Below are positions 36,318 to 48,077 of a stretch of DNA of 64,000 nt, piece by piece. The position numbers and the translations under genes are program-made. How positions within the stretch are numbered: the first letter of the stretch is position 1; each line of letters starts with the position of its first letter. Origin of the DNA: Antedon mediterranea. Taxonomy: Eukaryota; Animalia; Echinodermata. The notes beneath the pieces are model-generated. The model had not been told where the DNA came from. It saw nothing but the letters and a program-made list of their open reading frames with translations, and did not search any database. Location: contig NC_092674.1 in NCBI RefSeq assembly GCF_964355755.1, forward strand, positions 1,054,001 through 1,118,000. The letters are read 5' to 3'.

Positions 36318-39300
36318 TATCGAGTGGGCACAACTTCACATCTGTGGCAGCGGATTACGATACTGGAAATCTCACTTTTCATGATGCCAGAAGTCATTGG
36401 CTGTATCTAAGTGATGATTTGATGGAACCCGGGGGTCAGGCTAGCCCTATCGAAGGTGGAACATCTGGTAGAGTGGATGGTGTTACTATTGACTGGTTGG
36501 CACAGAATGTGTACTGGGTGGATGAGGGGTACAACTGGATTAAAATGATGAATTATTCTGGGGGAGTTTATACTGTGATTGCTGATACGGGTATTGAAAG
36601 GCCGTCTGGAATAGCATGTCATCCCTCGAAAGCGTAAGAAACGTATATCAATTGCGTAAAAATATAACAACTTTTTATTTTATCTCCAACATTCTCTATA
36701 TTTAGTATCATATTTCATAGACTTACGTATTTGTAACTAGTAAGCAAATTGTGTTTTGGCGTTCTCATTATATCCTTCTTTCTCTTACGTTTCTTTAATT
36801 GAAGTGAAGCAAAATAAATGAAACGAAATCGATGAAATGAACAATTATTGGTTTCTAAGAAGTTTATGATCAAAATGAGAATACTATTTATTGAAATTCG
36901 TTAAATAAATAAAACGAATGAATATATCACTTTATGGTACTTATGATAAGGAAGTAAATACTAAATAATATGTGATAACTTGCATAAACAGTAAACAATT
37001 TTTGAAGAATGAGCCCTACATATGATAACAAAACAATAATAATATAAATGCATTGTATTCTATGATGTGGAAACAACAAATTGCAGTGCAGTGTCAACCA
37101 TGGTAAGACAGGACAATTGATTTGAAAATAAACAGAAGTATGCTTTTAACGACAATGCTTCAACGACACGAATCAATGATAGTCATTCCCTTAAGCACAT
37201 TTGTTGTGCTCTTGATTTTGTTGTTATTGTAATCATTATTATTTGAAGAAATATGGTTTTGTTCAACTAAATTATGCAATTTTCTGATGTCTTTGAAGCG
37301 CACAGCATGAACACACTTTTGACGAAATATTTGAAAGTTTTAATAGAATTTCAACTGAAGCGAGACAAACTTCAAACGATATCGTTTTGTTTGTTTAAGT
37401 TGTTTCATAACAACACACCATTAAGTTAAACGCTTGCACACAAAAAACACAAAAGTGACTTACAAATAGTAACACAAGGTCGTTAGCTTTCAATAATATC
37501 TGTTTACTGCTTTTATCGATTTAAGTTGTTATTTCATCTTGAAACATATACCTTTTTTATTTAGGAAAGCATTTCTGGTAGGAAATTAGTCCTAGTTCTG
37601 TAATGAAATGAATAGGCCTAATAAGAAGTGTAATGATAATATATAATGAGCGTATAGTCAATTTTGTGCTCAACCTTTTCTTCTTGGAAAAACAGAAATT
37701 ATCTTATTTTTAGTTTAGGCCTACTTAGTGTAGTTTACTGTTATTTTTATTGTTATTTTGATTACTTTTATTGTTATCTTTAAAGGTATCTTTTCTGGAC
37801 AGAGTTGGGAAACTTGTATTCTCCTAAAATTGAAAGATCTTCCATGTCAGGTGGAAACAGAATTACCATTATTACGAATGTTACGGTTCCAAGGGCTATA
37901 GCGGTTGACGTCACTACTGATAGGTACAATTAACATGCAATTATAATATTTTGTTTAGAAAGAGATATTTCTACTAAACAACTGGACTTACTTGTTTAGT
38001 AAACAGCGACAACTTAACACTACCTGGATGATGACAATATCCATGATATCCGTATATTTAATTGTTTCCTTTATATTATATTTATTAATATCAACATTGC
38101 TGGCATTTGGAGCCATCTAAATACAGAATTGTACTTTATACACAATGACTCGTATTTAGGTGACTTTCGATAGTCAGTTAAGTTGTTCCTAATGACATTT
38201 GCAGAATCGGGTGAAATTGTCCATTCATGTTGTGGGGACAATGTTCGCTTCTTGTGAGGAAATTCACATTTCTAATGTTTTGAAACTCAGTGTTGCCTTT
38301 CCATATTGAGTCTAACCCGGATACACTATTATTAACATATCAGTTAGGTATATTTTGAATCATTTTATAAATAAAGATATAGATTAATCAACGTTTTTAT
38401 TTTATTATTAAAGAATTTATTGGATTGACGAAACATCAACAGAAAGTAGAATTGAATCTTCGGATGTTGATGGTAACGATAGACGTGTAGAGGTGACTCA
38501 ATCTTTATCCCTTGGTATGTTTGACAGTATTTCAGTGGACCAGGTTAGTGTACCTTCATTTATCAAGTAGTCGCATGAGGTTCATAGAGATTTGATTTGC
38601 ACTATTGTTTTAACATCTGCGCATGGTTACAGGTCACACTTCAGAGACCATGTTTTTAAACTTTTGCTTCGCGCGCACTGTCCTGATATCGCGCATAGAC
38701 AAAGTTTCTGCTGCGCTTACAATATTTTGGTTTACACAATATAGCCTACCTACTTATATAGGGTACTTTAATTTTATTCTGGCAACTTTTTTCTTAGGAT
38801 TATATATATGTGAGTGTGTACAGCAACGATGACACGAAACTCCTATTCTATACAAAGACCATACCAAGCAGTAAGGTATTTGAGCACTCTTTTGGTGGAT
38901 CGATTCGCATCTATGATTTGTGCGTCACGGGATCTGAAGTCCAACCTAAACCCATGACATGTAAGTTAGTTTATTCCCGATGCACATATGATAGTGAAAA
39001 TCCACACTAACCCCACACTGGAAACATATTTTTTTTTTATCAATTGTAATAATATGAAATGTGGTTCTATCTTTTTGGAATGTTAGTGCCCTGTGACTAT
39101 GACACCTGCCACCACTACTGTGTCTCAGCAGCTGAAAATAATCACGAATGCATCTGCATCGACGACTATAATTTATTATCAAATGGAACATGTATTGATG
39201 GTATGTATAATAATTTTTTCTAACATAACTTCTTTTTTTCACAGGTCTACGTGCACATTGCACGATGGGAAGTGTTTGGGTGTAAACGTCACTACGCGTA

Positions 39301-42300
39301 CGTCGTTTAAACAACAAATCACGTACGTACGCGTTGTGACTTTGCTCCCAAACCCTTCGCACCATGCTTCGCGCACGCTATTTGCTATAAACGTTATGAG
39401 TGAGATTGCTTCTCTGATCGATGTTATGTTTTATCTTTTTTTAAACAGATTCAAGAGGTTTTAATCCACCATTTGGTGTAATAGGCCGTCCAGGTGCCGT
39501 ATCACAATTTGAACCGCGTCTTCTACACTATAGCCTACAAGATAAACAAAGATTCGTCTCCGATATTTATAAAGGCAATATACAAGTGACGTCCGTTGCC
39601 GTTGATTTTCACAGTAACTATTTGTTTTATGCCGATGACATTTCAAAGAATATAATTTATGGAAGCTTAGTGGTGGGATCACATACATCAGTACTCCATC
39701 AGGGAATTGGACGTGTAGAAGGTAATAAGAGTTTTGTAATTTTTTAGGAATCATGTCAAATTAATCTTATTGTATAGTTGCTGCAGTAACTGCAATGAAA
39801 TTGTTACTGCTGCAATAACTATGGATGTGTGTATACAGTGTATTATTATTAGAAAAATTAGCTTACAAATGTAGCTTGGTAAATAATTGCATAAAGATGT
39901 TAAAGAGTAAACAAAAAGTAGTACAAAATATAACCCTCTCGTATACTAGCTTACTAGCACAGTAATTCAACTCAACTTATTACAGATTTTACATGAAAAC
40001 AATACAAACGATAATAACACGTACATGTTAGACCAGCGAACTCAGTCACTTTTGATGAGAAGTCCCAGCCAGTAAACGTGATTAAGAATTTTCAAAATGG
40101 ACCGAACTTCTTTCGCTTACTGGTCTGTGTACAGCTGTTGTAAAGATACAGCATAAGGTAGTTCGAAAATCAATACTTAATAACCTCAATATTTCACTTA
40201 ATAGGTATGGCTGTTGACTGGGTTTCGAAAAACCTTTACTGGGTTGATTATAACACCAATCATTTAATGTATTGGCCATATTCGCTTATGATACCAATTA
40301 CGTTATTCGAAGACGTAATCAATGCAAGATGATTACAAAGATTGTTTTACATGACATGAATTTGTTTGCACGAACCGCCTAAGCGTTGGTTGATAGCCTT
40401 GGTGTACGCATGCGTATTGGTATTTTGTAACACGCAAGTCAAAAAATGCAGCTAATCAGCTACAGAATAATTGATCGATTTGCCGAATACAAAAATTATA
40501 GTCTTTTGTGTGCTTATTTCTTTTGTAGTTATAGTTTTTTTTCTATAGAAGACGTTTGTTGCAGAACAGAAAGCAGACATTTCCCAACTATACTTTATGT
40601 TCTTTTGAAACACATGGTGTACCGTAGTCTAAGTTTCAGACGGAGTTTTGACTTAATATTAAAAAATATTTTGGCACATATGGCATTTCATACGTATATT
40701 ACTTGAAAAGTAATCGAAATCGAAAAGCCGACTGTATACTAACATAAAAAAGACGTAAACCTAACTACAAATTTAGAAGCAAATACAATTTGCATGGTTT
40801 GATTCTAGTTGATCATCACGATGGTATGTTACGATCTAAATCATAAAACGAGACATGTTTGTTTACACTTTCTAGGTTGCTGTTCTGGACAGAGAGACCT
40901 ACACACTTCGCTAAACTAGTGCGTTGTGATCTTGATGGGACAAACCGACAAGATGTGATGAACACAGATTTACAAGACCCATCAGGCATAACTATAGATT
41001 ATAAACACAGAAGGTACAAATATTAAAATTCAAATTCAAATTTATTGACCTCCCTTAGGAGAAAAATATAAAAACTTTCCAGTAAAATAAAACACATCAG
41101 AATGAAGATTCACATGAATCATAAAAAGAAGATTAAAATGGTTTTACCAAGTTAAATAAAGTGTCAAAATCATTGTGAAAAAAGGGCAGACTTAACGCTA
41201 TCACAGATACCATGATTGACACAATCCACAGATTTATACATTTTAAAAATATTATGGCGGTATGTACTATTAAAGACAATATTACAAATAATTATATACA
41301 GCAATGAATTTAATATCATTATCTTACCTATATATCTATTTATAAATAAATTGTTATCGCTCTTTCACTTTTTGATTTACCAATTGACACGAATACCTAC
41401 CACACCTTAAAAAAGTTTCAAAATATGGCAAATTTTATGCACTTTTTATTTATAATGCATAACAGAATCATAAAACAATTACAATGGTTCCAGTATAGTA
41501 ATAAAATTGACTTTTAAGAAAATAAATCGTTGAATGCAGGTTTTCGAGAGTGGTTGCAAATGTTTTCTTTTTTTCTTGAAGGATTTACATCGCGGATGAA
41601 TACAGTTCTTACGTATATTTTGTTAACTATGATGGCACTGGTCAAGGTATTCTTGGACAAAGTTTATTTCCACCTAAAGATATTGCCTTATTCCAGGTAA
41701 ATGTTTGTGTAATACATTTTTGCCACGAATCTTACTACACTGACCAAGAATTTATAACCTTTGACATGAATTAACAAAACTATTGCTTCTTCTTTCTAGG
41801 ACTTTATATTGTTTGCGGAACCGTACTTAACGCTAGGTATTATCGAAGCTATCCATAAGACAACTGGTGAATTTGAAGGTATTGCATCCCTGAATACAAC
41901 CGTGGCCGCCATAGATGTGTACGACGAATCTGCGCAGCCGCTATCGGCAGTTACAGGTACCACACACAATGTTCTCAGCTATGTCCTTATCAACTAATGT
42001 CGGGTACATTTATTTCAGCAAACACAAAACACATGAACTTTTATGAGGCTACGTAGTGCAACTGTTTTGGGAATGATAAACCAGCCTATTATATTAATAT
42101 TGCATAGTTTAATTTTGTTGTTGGTTGTCTCATTCGATCGATCAGTCAATCAATCCATTATTCATCTTCTCTCTATACATCTTTGATTCAATGAGAAACC
42201 AAATAAATAGAGAAACTATATATGTTGCTTATGTTGATTAATGATACTGCAATAGATAGTTCTAGTTTTATTTTGCCATAAATATTTTGTTATAGTGCCG

Positions 42301-42365
42301 ATTGAAGAAGTGTTTTCAACCACATTTTATTCTGCTAAAACTAAATCAATCACTACGAGCCGTAA

Positions 42366-42549
42366 AGCCTGTTTTCCTGCCGATGTTATTTGACGCTATC
42401 GTCGTTGATAGTTCAACGACGATCGTTTGAAAACGATCAAGTTGAAATGATAACGTTTCCTGTAAATCGTTAACATTTCAATGTTTACGTAGAAGATCGC
42501 CGATTATTGTTAACGATAGCGTTGAATAACGTCGACAGGAAAACAGGCT
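42366..42549. mobile_element. PIF/Harbinger-type (Tourist-like) MITE
   Basis: About 37-bp imperfect TIRs agcctgttttcctg... / ...caggaaaacaggct, flanked by TAA on both sides. Confidence 0.8.
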
Positions 42550-42749
42550 TAAGTATAAGATCGTTGTGCAATATTTTTACTGTATGAGCGATACATGAGT
42601 GAGGATCATATCCAGACAAGTCCATGTTTAGAGTAATACATGACCTCTGTGCTATCATGTAGTACTGTTAATAGATTAGTTTATCTAAAGTTTTATGTGT
42701 ATATATATATATTTGTTTATAGTGCCAGACCAAGAGGTTTCAATACAAA

Positions 42750-42865
42750 CGCCAGTATTGACACCGACGCCAGTGTTGACACCGACGCCAATGTTGACAC
42801 CGACGCCAGTGTTGACACCGACGCCAGTGTTGACACCGACGCCAGTGTTGACACCGACACCAACA
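42750..42865 (+). repeat. 18-bp coding repeat (TPVLTP)n forming the mucin-like stalk of gene D
   Basis: gccagtgttgacaccgac repeated about 6 times inside exon 42724-42866. Confidence 0.9.
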
Positions 42866-43157
42866 GGTAAGATAAATTGTTTCTTATACTACTGTAGACG
42901 ATAGACGATAACATTGGTCACCTTAACCACCACGTTAAAGACAGCAATCGATGAATAATCTGATTTTGATTTCTTAATTACTTACTTACATTTTATTTTA
43001 AATTAAATAATTTTCTTTCGAATAGTGTTAACACATACGACAACTACACTGGTTTCGACGACGAGGACGAAGACGACGGCGAAGACAGGTAAAGTATCTT
43101 CTTTTGAATTGTTAATGAATTGTACCAACTGATTAACTTACAGTAGTAAATATTATA

Positions 43158-43276
43158 CTCTGCCTACACTATCAAAGTTATGTGTATGATATGATGATGT
43201 CATGTCACTACCATATTTTGGCATATCACTACCATGTTTGGGCACAGCACACTAGTTTGATAGTGTAAACAGAGCT
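43158..43276. mobile_element. Short MITE-like interspersed repeat (related copies at ~61403-61497 and 63920-64000)
   Basis: TIR ctctgcctacactatcaaa / tttgatagtgtaaacagag. The internal motif gatgatgtcatatcactaccat recurs in two PEX1 introns. Confidence 0.7.
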
Positions 43277-44504
43277 TTAGCTAACAGCAATGATATTGGT
43301 GGCAAAACATATTCATTATTTTTTCAGACGATGATCAGAAGAGAACACCATCATTGACTGTGGTTACAACAACTGATGTACAAACATCATGTAAGTGATA
43401 TTGTAACTAATTTTATCCGGTCCAGTTTCTAATCTAAATTATATTTTACATTGTTTATTAGCTTGGGATGTTCGATTCGCGCAAATAAATTTAGTGTTGT
43501 TCTAACTCTGAAAGAGCGAATGTTTACTTTTTAAGAGGGGTTCATATCATCTGAATTAATGTAATAATCGATAGTTCAATCGTTAAAAAGAGCGACATTC
43601 ACTTTAAAGAAGAGTATTTTCACTTTTCTACATTAAAAGAGGACATTGCTAACACTGTATTATCATATCCATGGTTTTCATACAGAAGTGAAACGTAACC
43701 ACTGTTATTAATAAGAATTTAATATTATTTTATTATTATTGGTAAGTAAATACTAAATTGGGGTTTTTTTTAGCTGACGAACTCCTGATTGTAATCGGTA
43801 TTGGTGGTGGTGGCGGTTTGCTTGTCTGCATACTGGTTGTCATTCTTGTGGTGCTATGTATTACTCACAGAAGGTAAGTGGAACACCAAATTGTTCACTG
43901 TTTCCAAAAACAAGGAACATTTCTAGTTATAATGGTCCTTCATTTTGGTTTCAGATCGGTAAATTCTGATAATTCAAACGCCAAGGAACAACAAGAAGCC
44001 AAGGAACAAATACAAAACCATTTTTATGATCCTTTAGTGTATAGAAATGAATCGGCTAATAAAACGACCGGGAAAGTACCATCAAACATTCAGCGACCGG
44101 GCAAAGAAATACCACCACCAACTCCAACCCGCCCAGTCTTTCTGGAGTTAACTCCAAATAAAACACCAACTACAGGGAATGTGTTTACATATTATTAGGT
44201 TTAAAAAAAAGAAAAAGAAAATCTTTATCGCGTATTGATCAGAGTAATCCAACAGTGGTGTCGGTTAAAAAAAATATTTATAGATATTCAGGTCTGACTA
44301 CATTCGTTTTTAAATTGTGAGTTTTTATATTGGCCTAGGTAACAGAACATTTTATCAGATAAAATAGTAACATACCGTATCGTTTAATAGTTTTAATTAG
44401 GTCTATAATTATCCCAATGTTTAAATATTTGTAATTAGAGGTACATTACATTGCTAACTTGGTAATACACGGTTGTATTTATTTGGCATAAGAAACTCAA
44501 TCCC

Positions 44505-46380
44505 AAGTTAATATGGGTCTATAAGATGCAATATATGCGACTATATAGCCATATTATCGCATAATAATTGAATTAAAAAAAATCGATATTTTGGGCATTT
44601 TTAGAAAAAATCCCTGTTATTACAGGATTTTTTTCCAAAAATGGCAAAATTTCGACCATTTTATTTTTCGACAAAACTGGTTAATATGGCTCTATAAGAT
44701 GATAAAAAGCAATATATGCGCATATATAGCCATATTATTGCATAACAATTGAATTAAAAAAAATCGATATTTTGGGCAGAGTCGAATAATGGGTTCTGCA
44801 CATGTCAATTTTGCTATAGTAACGAGTTTTATTGAAAAATAAAAAGGTCGAAAATTGGCCATTTTCTTGAAAAATCCCTGTACTATAGTACATTGAAATT
44901 TTCGAAAAATGGCCGATTTTCGACCCTTTTATTTTTTGACAAAAATGGTTAATATAGCATAATAAACATGCGCAGAGTCGAATAATGGGTTCTGCGCATG
45001 TCAATTGTGCTATAGTAACCACTTTTGACATAAATGGTTACTATAGCATAATAAACATGCGCAGAGCCGAATAATGGGTTCTGCGCATGTCAATTGTGCT
45101 ATAGTAACCAGTTTTATCGAAAAATAAAAAGGGCGAAAATTTGCCATTTTCTTGAAAAATCCCTGTACTATAGTACATGGAAATTTTTGAAAAATGGCCG
45201 ATTTCCGACCCTTTTATTTTTTGACAAAAATTGTTACTATAGCATAATAAACATGCGCAAAGCCGAATAATGGGTTCTGCGCATGTCAATTGTGCTATAG
45301 TAACCAGTTTTATCGAAAAATAAAAAGGTCGAAAGTTGGCAATTTTCTTGAAAAATCCCTGTACTATAGTACATGGAAATTTTCGAAAAATGGCCGATTT
45401 TCGACCCTTTTATTTGTTGACAAAAATGGTTACTATAGCATAATAAACATGCGCAGAGTCGAATAATGGGTTCTGCGCATGTCAATTTTGCTATAGTACC
45501 CACTTTTGACATAAATGGTTACTAAAGCATAATAAACATGCGCAGAGCCGAATAATGGGTTCTGCGGATGTCAATTGTGCTATAGTAACAAGTTTTTTTG
45601 AAAAATAAAAAGGTTGAAAATTGGCCATTTTTGGAAAAATCCCTGTACTATAGTACATGGACATTTTCGAAAAATGACCGATTTTCGACCCTTTTATTTT
45701 TTGACAAAAAAAAATAATGCGTTCTGCGCATGTCAATTGTGCTATAGTAACCAGTTTTATTTTTTTTTATTTATTTATTTATTTCGGTATATGAAACATT
45801 ACAAAAAGCAGAACTAGTCTGAAATTATTGTAGCACATTATATAAAAAATTTACATTATCGAAAGTAAAGGTTGAAAATTGGCCAGTTTTTGAAAAAATC
45901 CCTGTATTATAGTACAGGGAAATTTTCGAAAAATGGCCGATTTTCGACACTTTAATTTTTTGACATAAATGGTTAATATAGCATAGTAAACATGCGCGGA
46001 GACGAATAATGGGTTCTGCGCATGTCAATTGTGCTATAGTAACCACTTTTGACATAAATGGTTACTATAGCATAATAAACATGCGTAGAGTCGAATAATG
46101 GGTTCTGTGCATGTCAATTGTGCTATAGTAACTAGTTTTATCGAAAAGTAAAAAGGTCGAAAATTGGCCAGGAAATGTTTTTAAAAATCCCTGTACAGTG
46201 CAGGGATTTTTTTCCAAAAATGGCTAAATTTCGACCTTTTTATTTTTCCACAAAACTGGTTAATATGGCTCTATAAGATGATAAAAAGCAATATATGCGC
46301 ATATATAGCCATATTATTGCATAATAATTGAATTTTAAAAAGTCGATATTTTGGGAATTTTCCGAAAAAATCCCTGTATT
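44505..46380. repeat. Complex foldback-like repeat array (units of ~195-240 bp built from inverted sub-repeats)
   Basis: Recurring catgcgcagagycgaataatgggttctgcgcatg palindrome and inverted arms (gtaaccagttttatcgaaaaataaaaaggtcgaaa...tccctgta and its reverse complement). Confidence 0.9.
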
Positions 46381-46439
46381 ATTATTGCGCTACAAATAAC
46401 CCAATATGTGCTGTAGAATTGGACAATGAATTGAACAAC

Positions 46440-46580
46440 TGATTGACCAATCAGAGCAGCGGAAAGCGTTCCAAAAGTTGAACAATCAGAGCACTGAAAA
46501 GTGACGTAATCAGAGCATTAGAAAAATTGTTCCAAATTTGTCATTTTGACCAATCAGAACACTGAAAAGTGACGTAATTA
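46440..46580 (+). promoter_or_regulatory. Putative promoter of the transposase gene (clustered CCAAT boxes and TGACGT CRE half-sites)
   Basis: gaccaatcaga at 46446 and 46548, related aatcagagc copies, and gtgacgtaat at 46501 and 46569. A candidate 5'-UTR exon with a GTAAG donor follows at ~46744. Confidence 0.35.
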
Positions 46581-48077
46581 ATATGTGACTTCAACAAGTT
46601 TTTCACAACACAAACAATGATGAGATTTTGTCCAGAGACTTACATGCGACAACATCTTTTTACATATCCTCTAGACTTATTATTATTAATTTCAAGGCGA
46701 ATTCTGGTAGTAGCTGTATTCAACTCGAACGTGTACTTGCAAGGTAAGAGCGAAATTGATTTCATGCTTGAAATCGGCATTTAAAGTGTTGATAACTTGT
46801 TTGGCCTAGGCCTAGCCATAGTCAATAGAAACTATGCCATGGCCTAGCCCTAGCAAATGTGTTTGTATGGGTGCCGACGCTAATTCTTGTTGGCGGTAGT
46901 CTGCTCTGTGTGTGGTAAAATGCATTTGCTATTATTACTTATCCCCCTAATTACCAGTAGGCCTACATATATTTCATAAAGTATTAACAATAACGCATGC
47001 CTTTATAGGTTAGTTAGGGTTAGATAGTGTCACTCGACACTTACTTTAATTAATGTATTTACTATATAGCCTAGGCCTAGCTAGTAGGCTAGATAGAAAG
47101 ACCTCTAGGTAGGCCTAGATCTTTTTTGGTTGCCATGAATTGTAAGTCAAACCATGGGCCTGTAAGGGCTAGGCCCTAGTAAGATGCTACCTACTTAGGG
47201 CTCCCTGTTATTTGTTTTCTTCAAAACTTATCTACTACAGTAGTTTAGACTAGGCCTAGGCTTAGATTAGTATTTATCGTAGAACCATCCCATAGTAAAT
47301 AAATTTAGTTTAAAGTAATTTAATTAAGCTATTCTTTAAAGTTTAATTTATTTAATATTTTAACAATCCTACTACTAGTTAGACTAGCCTATGTACCCTG
47401 TAATAGATTTTAGGCCTAAACATAATTTTAAACTATAAAAAACTAAATGTGTGCTGTATCACATGTCAACCCTTTTAATTGATAGATAAACAATTTAACT
47501 TTTATTATAATGATTGTTTAATTAAGTGTAGGCTTCAACTCTTTGATCTAAAGCATTCGTTTAATTAGGCAATCAACTGTATTTGTGGATTTAGATAAGA
47601 TTCTCAAATAATTGGATTGCATTAAAGGAAGTGCTCAGGGATCAAAGAGTTGATACATACACTGTTTAATAAACAAAGATTATTCAATTTACTCTAATTT
47701 ATGTTGTAATTCTTTATATAGTTTTTTTAATTGAAAAAAAAACATAATTATTCATATGTAATATTTTCTTAATTTAATTTAGATAAAATAGTTTGTTCTT
47801 AGTAGATATGTTTTAATGCTATATGTAATTCATTTTATTAATATTTTACATTTAAAGTCTTGGTCTACTATTAATTATTACTTGAGAAATTTTAACCCAC
47901 AGATATTTTATTTTATTTAGATTTGATTTTCTTTTATTTACAGCCATTTACTACAACTGCACGGTGCACAGTGGCATTATACGGGTAAAATTTTCTTTTT
48001 TCACATACTTTACTTACATATATTTTTGCCTTTGATCAGTTTTTTTAATTTTGCAGGTGTTCAATAGACAGTACAGT

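Larger units (their letters stand above)
32387..44198 (+). pseudogene. Gene D: divergent LRP-like receptor (propeller-EGF-propeller, Pro/Thr stalk, TM, tail), disrupted in this haplotype by an Academ insertion in exon 2
   Basis: Signal exon 32387-32462 (MQIPTSGTPNGLLLVLILLTHLSFE). Exon 2 is split into 32860-32982 and 36321-36633. Further exons: 37786-37923, 38414-38543, ~38798-38960, ~39086-39200 (EGF), 39449-39721, 40205-~40330 (runs into TGA at 40330), ~40876-41013, 41582-41696, 41800-~41956. Stalk exons 42724-42866, 43026-43087, 43328-43390. TM 43774-43873. Tail 43955-44198. Confidence 0.75.

Noticed and set aside
36296-36320. MEVSNPAI as the N-terminus of a separate receptor gene
   Set aside because: These codons come from the transposon terminus. 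The true upstream half of the exon is at 32860-32982.
7260-44198. Naming the receptors LRP4, LRP5/6 or LRP2
   Set aside because: There are no LDLa repeats and no LRP5/6-type array of PPPSP motifs (only single PPTP-like segments in the A and D tails), and the propellers are divergent. Orthology cannot be supported from sequence alone.
44735-46055. Repeated minus-strand ORFs (CAEPIIRLCACLLC...) as a peptide gene family
   Set aside because: They are translations of the non-coding foldback repeat. Frames and stops vary between units, and there is no splice or signal structure.
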